Source: an uncultured delta proteobacterium (GTDB lineage Bacteria > Myxococcota > Myxococcia > Myxococcales > Myxococcaceae). Taken from it: a DNA stretch of 64,000 nucleotides. Below, piece after piece: positions 17,677 through 28,124 of this stretch. Location: assembly GCA_963776345.1 (NCBI GenBank), contig CAVZMH010000016.1, forward strand, positions 448,001-512,000. Direction: 5' to 3'. The notes under the pieces were generated by a model that saw nothing but the letters and a program-made list of their open reading frames with translations, had not been told where the DNA came from and ran no database searches. The number at the start of each line of letters is the position of its first letter. Position 1 is the stretch's first letter. A program made the translations under genes and the position numbers.

Positions 17677-17901
17677 TCGCCTGGGACGCGCCTCGTCGGA
17701 GAGCGGATCGGGCGGAGCGAACCCCTGGCCGCGGGGAGCAGCGGGCGCTTCTAACCCCCGTGAACCTCGGCGGTGAGCTCCGGCGGGCAGTCTCGCCGCC
17801 TCAAGCCTTCGCCTCTCTCCCAATCCGCGCGACGCCCCCGCGGCGCGTCTCTACAATCCCCGCTCGAGCCCTCGGCCGGTCCTCCCGATCGAGGCGAGAC
17901 C

Positions 17902-19941
17902 GTGCGGCGTTCGCGGACCATCGGAATCCACCGGGAGCCCGGGGCGATCGGCGCCCTTCGCCTGGCGATCGTCGCTGCCGCGGGCGTCGCCGGGCCGGCC
18001 CTCGCCTACGACAGCAACGGGCACAACGTCATCGAGGCCCTGGCCTACCGGACGCTGGCGGAAGGACACGCGGGGGTACCCGCCCGTCCGGACGTCCTCC
18101 GCGACCTGATCAACGACGGCGCCCTCGACACTCCGTGGTGCTTCGGACGGGGGAGTCCGCCCTCGGGCGAATGCCGTGACGCCCTGACCGAGAACCCCCT
18201 CCTCTTCTGGCCTGAGCCGGAGACCGACCGGCCGGACGCCTTCTTCCGGCGCCAGTTCAGCGACTCAGGCCAGTGCTTCCACTACATGGGGACGCTCACG
18301 GACGGCCTCACGGAGGTGCTTCCGGGCACGTCCATCCCTCGCGGCCTCGCGACGAGCGCCGTCGTCCGCTGCAACGATCTCCTCGACACCCTCCTGCGTC
18401 AGGTCGTCGTGGAAGGCGGCCCAGGCACCCGCCGCAGCGGCTTCGGGCTCTACGAGCTGATGCACGTCGTCGAGGACTCCTTCTCGTTTGCCCACGCGGA
18501 GCGGACGCCCGAGGGGATCGACTTCCTCCGCGTGTGGAAGCCGCTCGAGCGGATCGTCGGGCTCCCACCCGGGCGCCAGATCCCCGACGGCGTCTTCCAC
18601 CAGGGGTCCGACCACCGGGACAAGACGTACGTCGTCGAGGGAGGCGAGGCGGCGTGCGAGAAGCGCACCGGGCACCCGTACGACGTTCCGTTCGAGTGCC
18701 TCTCCGGAGAAGGAGACCGCGCGAGGCAAGCGGTCGTCGAGCTCCTCGTCGTGGTGCGGGATCTGCGCCTGGCGAAGCTCGCCGATCCGCCCGGGACGGA
18801 CACCCGGCCGGAGGCCTCTCCGGAGTGGCAGCAGTACCGGGCACGGTGGTTCAGCCCCGTCCATCCCTGCGAGGGGGCGGAGTGCGCCGTCCGCGAGCCC
18901 GCCGATCCGGTCCCCGGCAAGTACGCCTTCCTCGGGCTCGACATGCGCCTTGAGGGGCCGGGGACGTTCGAGGCCGTCGCGCGCGGCTCGGTCCTGCGCT
19001 TCGCCGAGGGGCTGAACCCCTTCGTGTATTCGGTGAGCGCGAGTCTCGGGTACCAGTACCGGAAGGATGGCGAGAGCGCCGGCGTCGCGGGGCTGGCCGT
19101 CGGACTCGTGTTGCCGGTGGGCCTCAGGGGCGCGCTCAGCCTCACGCCCGCGGAGATGCGCGTTCTCTTCGGAGGGGCCGGCGGCAGCTTCGAGCTGCTG
19201 ACCCGGTTCCTCCGGTTCGACTACCAGCTGGGCAACCGGCTCGTGCTCTCGATCGAGGCGCCGCTCGCCGTGAACTGGGTCGAGCCCAGCGCCCGCTGGT
19301 CGGTCGGGGTCGGGATCAGCGAGGGGCTCTTCTCCCCGCGCGTCGTCGGGGGCGGGACCCTTCTCCACCACGAGGACACGACGGAGCGGCAGGATGCGGA
19401 CTGGGTGCCACCGCCGGCACCCTACGGCCGACTCCAGGGCCGGAGAACCACGGTCGGCGTGCTCGCGGGAATCTCGGTGACGACCCGTCCCGCCGACGCC
19501 GTCGAGGGACGGGTCTACGGCCTGGGCTTGCTCGGCGCCGAGCTGACCTGGGATCGCGACCGCTGGGAAAGGCGCCATGCCTTCACCCCGGTCGTCCTGC
19601 TCTCGGCCGGCATCCGGAACACGGGGGGCAACTCGACCTACCTCACCGGGACGCTGGGCCTGGGCGTCCGCTGGTACTTCCTCGGGCCCCTCGGCCTCTC
19701 GGTCACGCCCATCCGCATCGAGGCTGGCCCGAAGATCCGCGGAACGAGCGAGACCGACACCTCCGCGGGCGTCCACGGGCCTGCGGGGAACGAGCACTAC
19801 CTCCTCGTCGGCTCGCGGGCGGGCATCGCGCTCCGCCTCGGCATCCTCGACCTGCTGGTCGACAGCCCGACGCTTGCCTGGACCTCGGACCCGTTCGGGG
19901 CGCACGAGATCCTCAGCTTCACCCTCGGCATTCGTCTCTGA
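17902..19941 (+). CDS. Hypothetical exported protein: Zn-phospholipase C/S1-P1-like N-domain plus beta-barrel-like C-terminal half
   Basis: ALA-YDSNGHNVI, CFHY and LMHVVEDSFSFAH motifs; alternating amphipathic strands ending in SFTLGIRL. Start uncertain. Confidence 0.55.
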   Translation: MRRSRTIGIHREPGAIGALRLAIVAAAGVAGPALAYDSNGHNVIEALAYRTLAEGHAGVPARPDVLRDLINDGALDTPWCFGRGSPPSGECRDALTENPLLFWPEPETDRPDAFFRRQFSDSGQCFHYMGTLTDGLTEVLPGTSIPRGLATSAVVRCNDLLDTLLRQVVVEGGPGTRRSGFGLYELMHVVEDSFSFAHAERTPEGIDFLRVWKPLERIVGLPPGRQIPDGVFHQGSDHRDKTYVVEGGEAACEKRTGHPYDVPFECLSGEGDRARQAVVELLVVVRDLRLAKLADPPGTDTRPEASPEWQQYRARWFSPVHPCEGAECAVREPADPVPGKYAFLGLDMRLEGPGTFEAVARGSVLRFAEGLNPFVYSVSASLGYQYRKDGESAGVAGLAVGLVLPVGLRGALSLTPAEMRVLFGGAGGSFELLTRFLRFDYQLGNRLVLSIEAPLAVNWVEPSARWSVGVGISEGLFSPRVVGGGTLLHHEDTTERQDADWVPPPAPYGRLQGRRTTVGVLAGISVTTRPADAVEGRVYGLGLLGAELTWDRDRWERRHAFTPVVLLSAGIRNTGGNSTYLTGTLGLGVRWYFLGPLGLSVTPIRIEAGPKIRGTSETDTSAGVHGPAGNEHYLLVGSRAGIALRLGILDLLVDSPTLAWTSDPFGAHEILSFTLGIRL

Positions 19942-20073
19942 CCGCCGAGGGCGGCGCAGTGGGTGCGCCTGGAGGAGGGGGCGGCGATCGTTGGCGTCAT
20001 CGACACCCCGCCCACGCAGGCCTACTCTGATTCCGGTGAGTTCACTGGACTGAGCTCGCCGGGAGGGACCGCC

Positions 20074-21132
20074 ATGAACGCAGGCACGTTGACCCTGCTG
20101 GTGGGTCTGGCCCTGGCGGCAGGACCTCCGGCCCGGGGAAGCGACGACGTCCAGAAGAAGGCGCAGGCGCGGTTCAAGCCCATCCCGCCGAGGGCCCCGG
20201 AGTCGAAGCAGAACCCGTCCAGCCCGTCGAAGGTCGAGCTGGGCCGGATGCTCTACTTCGATCCTCGACTCTCGGCGTCGCAGCTCATCAGCTGCAACAC
20301 CTGCCACAATCTCAGCCTCGGCGGTGCCGATCTCCAGGAGACCTCCACCGGTCATGGCTGGCAGAAGGGACCGCGCAATGCGCCCACGGTGCTCAATGCC
20401 GTCTTTAACGTCGCCCAGTTCTGGGACGGCCGCGCCGAGGACCTGAGGGCCCAGGCCAAGGGGCCAGTGCAAGCCTCGGTGGAGATGGCCAACAGCCCAC
20501 AGCGCGTGGTGGAGACGCTGAAGAGCATCGCGGGGTACGCGCGGCTCTTCCAGAAGGCCTTCGCTGGAGAAGAGGACCCGATCACCTTCGACAACGTCGT
20601 GCGCGCCATCGAGGTCTTCGAGGCGACCCTGCTCACCCCCGATGCGCCCTTCGACCGATACTTGAAGGGAGACCGCAAGGCCATCGGGCCGGTGGAGGAG
20701 GCGGGGCTTGCCCTCTTCATCGAGAAGGGCTGCGTCAAGTGCCACGACGGCGTCAACGTCGGCGGCAGTGACTACGATTCCTTCGGGGTGGTGGAGGCGC
20801 CATCGGACGAGGTGCGGCCGCCCGGAGACACCGGCCGGTTCAGGGTGACGAACACCGCCGCCGACCGGTATGTCTTTCGCGCCGCCCCGCTTCGCAACGT
20901 CGCCATCACGCAGCCCTACTTCCACTCGGGCAAGGTCTGGAAGCTGGAGGACGCAGTGAGGGTCATGGGCTCGGCCCAGCTCGGGGTGGGCCTCACCGAA
21001 GCCGAGATCGCCCAGATCACCGCGTTCCTCCGGACGCTCACCGGCCGGCAGCCGAAGGTCGAGAACCCGCTCCTGCCGCCAAGCTCCGACACGACGCCGC
21101 GGCCCCAGCTCCGGGTGACGCCGACCGGTTGA
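20074..21132 (+). CDS. Di-haem cytochrome c peroxidase (CcpA/MauG family)
   Basis: CNTCH and CVKCH haem sites; RNAPTV, QFWDGRA and PYFHSG motifs; signal peptide from ATG 20074. Confidence 0.94.
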   Translation: MNAGTLTLLVGLALAAGPPARGSDDVQKKAQARFKPIPPRAPESKQNPSSPSKVELGRMLYFDPRLSASQLISCNTCHNLSLGGADLQETSTGHGWQKGPRNAPTVLNAVFNVAQFWDGRAEDLRAQAKGPVQASVEMANSPQRVVETLKSIAGYARLFQKAFAGEEDPITFDNVVRAIEVFEATLLTPDAPFDRYLKGDRKAIGPVEEAGLALFIEKGCVKCHDGVNVGGSDYDSFGVVEAPSDEVRPPGDTGRFRVTNTAADRYVFRAAPLRNVAITQPYFHSGKVWKLEDAVRVMGSAQLGVGLTEAEIAQITAFLRTLTGRQPKVENPLLPPSSDTTPRPQLRVTPTG

Positions 21133-21207
21133 TTGGCCGCCGCGCGGGGTCCACCGGCGATTGTAATGCCCCCGCCGTATGCCCAGACCTGCGACTCCGA
21201 AAACCCT

Positions 21208-21279
21208 TGGGCGCAGCAGGGTTTGAACCTGCGACCCCTGCCGTGTGAAGGCAGTGCTCTACCGCTGAGCTATACGCCC
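21208..21279 (-). tRNA. tRNA-Val(CAC), CCA not encoded
   Basis: GGGCGTA TAGCTCAGCGGTAGAGC, CTGCC-TTCACAC-GGCAG, GGTTCAAACCC and discriminator A. Confidence 0.96.
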
Positions 21280-21326
21280 GGACTGCAAGGGCGGCATACG
21301 TGCCAGACCGCGCCCTCGCCTGTCAA

Positions 21327-21614
21327 TCACCGCGGGGACGGGTTCAGCAGCCGGTCCACCCGGTCCTCGAGCTCGCGGGTCCGCCGCTTGAGCGACGAGA
21401 GCTGCTTCCCCATCTTCCCGAAGTCGCTCTTCGCCGCCAGCTGGAACGCGTGCATCAGCTCCTCCTGGCCCCGGTCCAGCGCCCTCTTCCCGCGCTGCAC
21501 GCTGCCGATGGCCTGGGCCACCCACTGGGCCCGCTGCTCGTCCGCCATCAGCCGCTCGAACGCCTTCTGGGACAACCCCAGCGCCTGCGCGCGCAAGCTC
21601 CGCCGTCCAGCCAT
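21327..21614 (-). CDS. Small helical/coiled-coil protein (phasin-like)
   Basis: GAGGAG RBS and ATG 21614; amphipathic helices and a C-terminal heptad pattern. Function is a guess. Confidence 0.6.
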   Translation of the reverse strand: MAGRRSLRAQALGLSQKAFERLMADEQRAQWVAQAIGSVQRGKRALDRGQEELMHAFQLAAKSDFGKMGKQLSSLKRRTRELEDRVDRLLNPSPR

Positions 21615-21622
21615 TGCGCTCC

Positions 21623-22045
21623 TCACTCGTCGATGAACCGGGTCTCCAGCCGACGGAGCACCCGGGTCGCGATGTCCTTGTAGCGCATCCGCTCGAGGAT
21701 GGGCTGCACGTCGCCCTCGATCCGGAGCTGCCGCTGGAGGATCGCCTGCACCGGGTCCACCCTGCCGAGCAGGAGCCCCTTCCACACCGAGTACGGCGCG
21801 CGGACCCGGTACGCCGGCTCGAGCTCGTCCAGGTCGTCCGGGTCGACCAGCACGCGCAGCTCGGCGATCCGCCCCGCCTCGGGCCGCACCCAGGCCACGA
21901 AGTGCTTCTCGAGCCTCCCGGCCTCGGCCTCGATGACCAGGCCGAAGTCGCCCGCCCAGCCGCGGGCGGCCTCCACGCTCTCCGGGTCGGCGTTCACCAT
22001 CGCCATGGCCGCCTCGGCCCAGCCGCGGGAGGGGAAGACCGGCAT
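21623..22045 (-). CDS. SCP2 sterol-binding domain protein
   Basis: FPSxxW start; W...G.VDPVQAIL...L.IEGD pattern. Confidence 0.85.
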   Translation of the reverse strand: MPVFPSRGWAEAAMAMVNADPESVEAARGWAGDFGLVIEAEAGRLEKHFVAWVRPEAGRIAELRVLVDPDDLDELEPAYRVRAPYSVWKGLLLGRVDPVQAILQRQLRIEGDVQPILERMRYKDIATRVLRRLETRFIDE

Positions 22046-22145
22046 CGCCCGGGTCTACCTCAGTCCCCCGCACCAGGGGGACGCCTTCGGAAGCGCGCAG
22101 GGGCGCGCCGGCGACCGGGCTCAGTCCCCCGCACCAGAGGGACGC

Positions 22146-23753
22146 CTAGTCGCGGCCGAGGATGCGCCGGATGCTCCGGAACAGACCGCTGTCGGTCTGC
22201 GCCGTGGGGCCCACCGGCCGCGCCCGCGCCGCCTTCTCCTCGGCCAGGAGCCGCTTCAGCGTGTCCGGCGTGTCCCGCGTCGCCAGGGCCACGTGGCGGG
22301 GGCCGCTGCTCAGCTCGACCACCACCTCCAGCAGGCACTCCTCGTTGAGCCGGAAGTCGATCCGCCGCCCCGCCGCCGAGGCCGGCACCTTCACCGTGCC
22401 CAGGTACTCGTTGTCCACGATGAACTCCGAGTCACCCTGGAAGATGTCCAGCTCGATGACCGGGCTGTCCTCCCTGGGCCCCGGGAGCCGGAAGCTGGTG
22501 GTCAGGGGGATGACCGAGTTCTTGTCGATGATCTTCCGGAACCGCCCGTTGGGCATCGCGAACCCGATGGGCATCGACAGCGCGTCGAGCAAGGTCACCG
22601 CGTCGATGTTCCCCAGCGACTCGGCGAGCAGCGCCGCCCCCAGCGCCACCGACTCGTCCGGGTGCACGCCCTTGCGCGGCGGCTTCCCGAAGTGCCGGGC
22701 GATCTCCTGCTGGACCAGCGGCATGCGCGACTGGCCACCCACCAGGATGATCTCGTCGATGCTCGGCTTGTCGATGCCCTTGTCCGCCAGCACCCGGTCG
22801 CAGAGGTCGAAGGTTCGGTCCACCAGGTCGCGGGTCAGGGTGTTCAGCTGCTCGCGCGACAGCGGGATGCGGAGGTCCAGCGGCTTGCCCTTCCGCTCCT
22901 CGATGTAGGGCAGCTCGATCACCACGTTGGGAATGAGCGTGAGGTCGATCTTCGCCGCCTCGGCAGCGTTCTTGATCCGCTGCATGGCGATCGGGTTCTG
23001 GCTCAGGTCCACCCGGGTCTGCTGCTGGAAGGTCTCCAGCACGTAGTCGATGATCCGGTTGTCGAAGTCCACGCCGCCGAGGAAGGTGTCGCCGCCGGTG
23101 GCCAGCACCTCGAACACGTTGCCGGTGATCTGCAGCACCGACACGTCGAACGTGCCGCCGCCCAGGTCGTAGACCAGGACGGTCTGGTCCAGGCCGCGGT
23201 TGAAGCCGTAGGCCAGCGCCGCCGCGGTGGGCTCGTTGACGATGCGCTTCACCTCGAAGCCCGCCAGCCGCCCGGCCTCCTTCACCGCCGCTCGCTGCAG
23301 ATCGTTGTAGTACGCGGGCACCGAGATGACCGCCTCGGGGCACGGCACGCCCAGGAACTGCTCCGAGATGCGCTTGGCGTGGCCGAGGATGAATGCGCCG
23401 ACCTCCTCGAGCGAGTAGTTCGTCCCGCCGAGGTTCACCGCCACGTCGCCCTTCTTGCCCTCGCGGATGTCGTAGGTGAAGTACTCCTTGAGCTCCTGCA
23501 CCACCCGGCTGGCGTACTGCCGGCCGATCAGCCGCTTGGTCCCGTAGATGGTGTTCTTCGGGTTCACCACCATCTGGTCCTTGGCCATCTTGCCGACCAG
23601 GAGATCTCCCTTCTCGCTCAGCGCCACCACCGACGGCAGCACGAGGTTGCCCCGGTCCGTGGGCACCACCTTGGGGATGCGATTGCGCACCGAGGCCACC
23701 AGGGTGTTGGTGGTCCCGAGGTCGATCCCGACGATGCGCGGCTTCTCGGACAT
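22146..23753 (-). CDS. Hsp70/DnaK-family paralogue with shortened C-terminus
   Basis: [36 protein letters not shown] and LVGGQSRMP motifs; about 535 aa. Confidence 0.93.
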   Translation of the reverse strand: MSEKPRIVGIDLGTTNTLVASVRNRIPKVVPTDRGNLVLPSVVALSEKGDLLVGKMAKDQMVVNPKNTIYGTKRLIGRQYASRVVQELKEYFTYDIREGKKGDVAVNLGGTNYSLEEVGAFILGHAKRISEQFLGVPCPEAVISVPAYYNDLQRAAVKEAGRLAGFEVKRIVNEPTAAALAYGFNRGLDQTVLVYDLGGGTFDVSVLQITGNVFEVLATGGDTFLGGVDFDNRIIDYVLETFQQQTRVDLSQNPIAMQRIKNAAEAAKIDLTLIPNVVIELPYIEERKGKPLDLRIPLSREQLNTLTRDLVDRTFDLCDRVLADKGIDKPSIDEIILVGGQSRMPLVQQEIARHFGKPPRKGVHPDESVALGAALLAESLGNIDAVTLLDALSMPIGFAMPNGRFRKIIDKNSVIPLTTSFRLPGPREDSPVIELDIFQGDSEFIVDNEYLGTVKVPASAAGRRIDFRLNEECLLEVVVELSSGPRHVALATRDTPDTLKRLLAEEKAARARPVGPTAQTDSGLFRSIRRILGRD

Positions 23754-23858
23754 GGGCTGACCCACTCGACTTTACTGGGGAGAACGCCACCCTCCAACAG
23801 CCGCCCCCGGGGGCTTTCTTGACGGGCCTCTGGCCCCCGTCACGATGGGCAGCTACCC

Positions 23859-24575
23859 GTGTCCCGTCCCCTCGCCGCCTGCGCCCTGCTCGTGTGCGCC
23901 GCATGCGCCACCACCCGCCCAGGTGCTCCTCCGACCCCCGTCGCCGGGGAGCCCTCGGTCCAGGTTGACCCGGCGGCCAGCGTCGAGACGCGTTGGCGGG
24001 TGGTGGCCACCGCCCGCCGCCTCCTGGGCCAGACCTCGGTGCAGTGGCCCGGGCAACGCTTCCCGGACGATTGCAGCGGGCTGGTGCTGGGGGTGTACGC
24101 CAGCGTCGGAGTGCCGCTCACCGGCTCCGCCCGCCCCGGCGACAGCGGCGTCACCGCCGTGTGGCGGTGGACCTCGGCGCGGGGACGACTCTTCCGCACC
24201 GGGCACCCGGACCCGGGAGATCTCGTGTTCTTCCACGACACCTACGACCGCGACCACGACGGCAAGGTCGACGACGGCCTCACCCACATCGCGCTCGTGG
24301 AGAGCGTGGACGCCGACGGGACGATCTCCATCATCCACCGGGTCAGCCGCGGGGTGATGCGTTACCGCATGAACCTCGAGCGCCCGGCGCTGCGGACCGA
24401 CCCGGGCTCCGGCCGGGTGCTCAACGACTGGCTCCGCGGCTCGTCGGGCAGGGGTCGGCCGGTGCTCACCGGGCAGCTCTTCGCGGCCTTCGGCGCCGTG
24501 CTCCCGCCCGCTCCCGAAGGGGTCCGCTCGCCGCTCCCGGTGCTCTCGCCGCAGCCCCGCGGCGGCGACATCTAG
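23859..24575 (+). CDS. NlpC/P60 (CHAP-like) lipoprotein
   Basis: Lipobox-like CAAC; DCSGLV, PGDLVFF and THIALV motifs. Confidence 0.85.
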   Translation: MSRPLAACALLVCAACATTRPGAPPTPVAGEPSVQVDPAASVETRWRVVATARRLLGQTSVQWPGQRFPDDCSGLVLGVYASVGVPLTGSARPGDSGVTAVWRWTSARGRLFRTGHPDPGDLVFFHDTYDRDHDGKVDDGLTHIALVESVDADGTISIIHRVSRGVMRYRMNLERPALRTDPGSGRVLNDWLRGSSGRGRPVLTGQLFAAFGAVLPPAPEGVRSPLPVLSPQPRGGDI

Positions 24576-24594
24576 AGGGCCTCGGCCGGGACGA

Positions 24595-26325
24595 TCACTT
24601 CGGGCGCTCCTGATCGATCAGCGCCTGCGCCAGGACGTGCCTCGGGTTCAGCGCCACCACGGCGTCGAGCTTGGAGAGGGCGGCGTCCTTCTGGCGGAGG
24701 GTGAGGAGCAGCCGGCCGGCGAGGACGTACGGCCGGATGAAGGTCGAGTCGTGGGACACCAGCTCGTTCATCGACTTCACCGCCTGCTCCATGCTGTCGG
24801 GGGGCGGGCTCTTGATGCTCAGCACGTACTCGGCATAGGCGACCTCGGCCCAGCCGTCACGGCCGCCGAGCTGCCGGTACCGCTCCCCATCGGAGATGGC
24901 GCGGTCCGCCCGGCCCGCGACCCCGGCGAAGACTGCATCCGCGCGCACGCGGGCCCGCTCGTCGTCCTCGTTCCCCGGCGGCAGCCGGTTCAGCGCGTCG
25001 CGGGTGGCGTTCAGCTTGGACTCCAGCCCGTTCACCGCGTCCACCATCGGGTCGGTCTGCTTCTTCAGCTGGTCGAGGCGCACCCTGGCCGCGTCCGCCT
25101 GGGCCTTCCAGTCGGCCGGCGTGCGCTCGGCCTCGAGCCGGGCGAGCTGCGTCCTCAGGGTCTCGGCGTCGTTGAGGCCACGGCGGAGCAGCGCCCGCTG
25201 GTCGTCGAGCTCCAGCGTCTGGGCGAGCGCCTGGGTGGCGCGCGCGCCCACCCACTGGGGGTACCGGGCCACCAGTGCGTCGAGCACCTTGAGCGCGCTC
25301 GCCCGCGACTGCGGGTCGTCCCGCCGGAGCAGCGCGAAGGCGGCGTCCCGATCGGCCTTGATGGACACGGGCACGGCGGGCCGGCCACTGAACCAGCTCC
25401 AGCCGGCGTACCCCAGGCCCCCGAGAAGCAGGACGGCCACGATGCTCCAGATCCCCCGCTGGTTCCTGCGCCGGAGCTGCTGCGCGAGCGCGCGCTCCGC
25501 CGGATCCGGCCGCGTGGGACGGCTCGTCCCCATGCCGGGCACCGGAAGCGGCTCGGCCCCGGCCCCCGGCAGGTCCAGCGACGGAGCGCCGCCGGCCAGG
25601 AGCTCGTCCTCGGGCATCGGCGGCAGGTCGAGACCCGATGAGGGTCCGGGCTCGGCCGCCGCGCCCCCGAACACCGCCGCCCGCATCGGCGAAGACGGCG
25701 GCGCGGGTGGAGGCCCGGCGCCCGGCGCGGCGGCGCCGCCGAACACCTGGGTCCGCGCCGTCGGGGGAGGCTCGGACGGGGCTCCGCCCCGGGCCGCGCC
25801 GCCGCCGAAGACCTGGGTCCGCGCGGAGGGCTCGGGCGCCGGCCGGCCGGCGCTCGCCGTCGGGGAGGGCTGGAGCGGTCCCCCGAACACCTGGGTCCGG
25901 TTGGCGGGCGCGGGAGCCAATCCGGCGCCGGGCAGGGGAGCGGCCGCGCTCGCGCCGAAGACCTGGGTCCGCGCTGCCTCGGCGGTGCCGGAGCCGAAGA
26001 CCTGGGTGCGGTTGGCGCCAGGAGCCGAGGGTGGCGGCGGGGCGGCCGCGGGCCCGGCGCCGAAGACCTGGGTGGAGGCCGACGGCGGCGGGCTCTGGCC
26101 GTACGCCTCCGTCCGGATGGGTCCCGCGGTGCGGGCCGCGCTCCCGAAGGGCAAGGTCCCCGAGGGTGGCCCGGCCTGCTGTCCCTGGCCCGGAGGCGCC
26201 TCGCCCCCGCGCTGCGCGGTGAACACCAGCCCGCAGCGGGTGCACTGGACCGGCGCTCCCCCCGTGGGGACCAGCCGATCATCCAGCGCGTAGCGGGTGT
26301 GGCAGTTGGGACAGGCGATCTGCAC
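24595..26325 (-). CDS. MJ0042-type zinc-finger membrane protein with repeat-rich linker and C-terminal TPR-like region
   Basis: CPNC...VQCTRC at the N-terminus, Pro/Ala linker with TQVFG repeats, one TM helix, then coiled coil and TPR-like helices. Confidence 0.8.
   Translation of the reverse strand: MQIACPNCHTRYALDDRLVPTGGAPVQCTRCGLVFTAQRGGEAPPGQGQQAGPPSGTLPFGSAARTAGPIRTEAYGQSPPPSASTQVFGAGPAAAPPPPSAPGANRTQVFGSGTAEAARTQVFGASAAAPLPGAGLAPAPANRTQVFGGPLQPSPTASAGRPAPEPSARTQVFGGGAARGGAPSEPPPTARTQVFGGAAAPGAGPPPAPPSSPMRAAVFGGAAAEPGPSSGLDLPPMPEDELLAGGAPSLDLPGAGAEPLPVPGMGTSRPTRPDPAERALAQQLRRRNQRGIWSIVAVLLLGGLGYAGWSWFSGRPAVPVSIKADRDAAFALLRRDDPQSRASALKVLDALVARYPQWVGARATQALAQTLELDDQRALLRRGLNDAETLRTQLARLEAERTPADWKAQADAARVRLDQLKKQTDPMVDAVNGLESKLNATRDALNRLPPGNEDDERARVRADAVFAGVAGRADRAISDGERYRQLGGRDGWAEVAYAEYVLSIKSPPPDSMEQAVKSMNELVSHDSTFIRPYVLAGRLLLTLRQKDAALSKLDAVVALNPRHVLAQALIDQERPK
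25660..26160 (-). repeat. Dispersed intragenic repeat encoding (R/S)TQVFG six times plus three variants
   Basis: Repeated ccgaa(g/c)acctgggt on the plus strand. Confidence 0.85.
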
Positions 26326-26358
26326 GGAGCGCGGGCGGAAGCGTTAGCAGGAAAGGTT

Positions 26359-26751
26359 TCAGGGATCGAGTTCGGTCGCCTGCTGCAGTGTCCGGAGCCG
26401 GGCGGGGCCCACCCCCTTGACCGCGTCCACCGCGTCCCAGCTGCGGAAGGGCCGCGCCTGCACCAGCGCCCGGGCCGCCACCGGGCCCACCCCCGGGAGC
26501 CGCGCCAGGTCGGTCTCGTCCGCCCGGTTCAGCGGGAGCCGGAGGCCCAGCGCGACCCGGGCCGACGGAGGGGGCGGGCGTCCCAGGTCGCACCGGGCAT
26601 GGGCGAGCGGCCCCTCGCCGGACCACCGGATTCGCTCTGGTGGACAGCCCAGCGCCGCGGCCCCGTCGGGCCACCGCTCCTGGGTCCACCATCCGAGACC
26701 GAGCGCGCCGAGCACGGTGACCGCGAGCGCCGCCGTGCGCCCTCCCCTCAT
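26359..26751 (-). CDS. ComEA-like helix-hairpin-helix DNA-binding protein
   Basis: LNRA...LARLPGVGP...VKGVGP; N-terminal TM; ATGA overlap with lysC. Confidence 0.85.
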   Translation of the reverse strand: MRGGRTAALAVTVLGALGLGWWTQERWPDGAAALGCPPERIRWSGEGPLAHARCDLGRPPPPSARVALGLRLPLNRADETDLARLPGVGPVAARALVQARPFRSWDAVDAVKGVGPARLRTLQQATELDP

Positions 26752-27983
26752 CGCGCCGGAGCCGCCTCCGGCCGGTCCAGCCCGAACGCCGTGTGCAGCG
26801 CCCGCACCGCGAGCTCGGTGTACTTGGCGTGAATCACGCAGGAGACCTTGATCTCCGAGGTGGAGATCATCTGGATGTTGATGCCCTCCTTGCCGAGCAC
26901 CTCGAACATCCGCGCCGCGACGCCGGAGTGGTTCCGCATCCCGACGCCCACGATGGAGATCTTCGCGATCTGATCGTCGCTCTCCACCGCCCGCAGCCCC
27001 AGCTCGGGCACCAGCCGCTCCATCGCCTCGCGCGCCGAGGCGAAGTCCGCCCGGCCCACGGTGAAGCTCAGGTCGGCGCGGCCGTCCTGCTGGGCGGTCT
27101 GGATGATGAGGTCCACCACGATGGCCCGCTCGTCCAGCGCCCCGAAGATGCGGGCCGCCACCCCGGGCCGGTCCGGCACCCCGCGCAGCACCAGCTTGGC
27201 CTCGTTCCGGTCGTAGGTGATGCCGCTGACCAGCACGTCCTCCATCGCCGCGTCCTCCTCGCACACCAGCGTTCCCGGGTCGTCGGTGAAGGACGACCTC
27301 ACCCACAGCGGGACCCGGTACTTCATCGCGAACTCCACCGAGCGGATCTGCAGCACCTTCGCCCCGAGCGACGCCTCCTCCAGCATCTCCTCGTAGCTGA
27401 TGCGGTCCAGCTTCCGCGCCGCGGGGCACACGCTGGGGTCGGCGGTGTAGACCCCGTCGACGTCGGTGTAGATCTCGCAGCGCTCGGCGTGGAGCGCCGC
27501 GGCCAGCGCCACCGCGGTGGTGTCCGAGCCGCCCCGGCCGAGCGTGGTGACGTTCCCCGCCTGGTCGATGCCCTGGAACCCGGCGACCACCGCCACGTCG
27601 CCGCGGGCGAGCGCCGCGCGCAGCGGCTCCTCGTCGATGTGCTTGATGCGGGCCTTGCTGAACGTGCTGTCGGTCACGATGCGGCACTGGTGCGCGAGGA
27701 AGCTGCTCGCCTGCCCGCCCGCGGCCTGGATGGCCAGCGAGAGGAGACCGATGGTCACCTGCTCCCCGGTGGCCACCACCACGTCCTGCTCACGCTCGCT
27801 CGGCCGCTCGTTCAACGCCTGCACCAGCTTGAGCAGCCGGTTGGTCTCGCCCGACATCGCCGAGACCACCACCACCAGATCGTGCCCCGCCGCCCGCGCC
27901 TGGAGACACCGCCGTGCCACGGCCCGGATGCGATCCGGATCCGCCACCGACGTTCCCCCGTACTTCTGGACCCACAGTGCCAC
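26748..27983 (-). CDS. lysC: Aspartate kinase
   Basis: [32 protein letters not shown] and two ACT domains; GTG 27983. Confidence 0.96.
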   Translation of the reverse strand: MALWVQKYGGTSVADPDRIRAVARRCLQARAAGHDLVVVVSAMSGETNRLLKLVQALNERPSEREQDVVVATGEQVTIGLLSLAIQAAGGQASSFLAHQCRIVTDSTFSKARIKHIDEEPLRAALARGDVAVVAGFQGIDQAGNVTTLGRGGSDTTAVALAAALHAERCEIYTDVDGVYTADPSVCPAARKLDRISYEEMLEEASLGAKVLQIRSVEFAMKYRVPLWVRSSFTDDPGTLVCEEDAAMEDVLVSGITYDRNEAKLVLRGVPDRPGVAARIFGALDERAIVVDLIIQTAQQDGRADLSFTVGRADFASAREAMERLVPELGLRAVESDDQIAKISIVGVGMRNHSGVAARMFEVLGKEGINIQMISTSEIKVSCVIHAKYTELAVRALHTAFGLDRPEAAPAR

Positions 27984-28124
27984 CCGCGCTCCTTGCGATG
28001 TCCCGCCTGCAGCAGGCGCGCCCGCGCCTGATCGCTGGCGCGCGACTTGCGCGCTTCCGCAGGCGTGCCCCTGGTGCGAGCACCTTAGACGGAGAGCCGT
28101 GGCTCGGGGTACCTTCCGCCGCCC

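Noticed and set aside
25660..26160. Spaced DNA repeats as a CRISPR array
   Set aside because: Short, irregularly spaced, variable at wobble positions and in frame. They encode a peptide motif.
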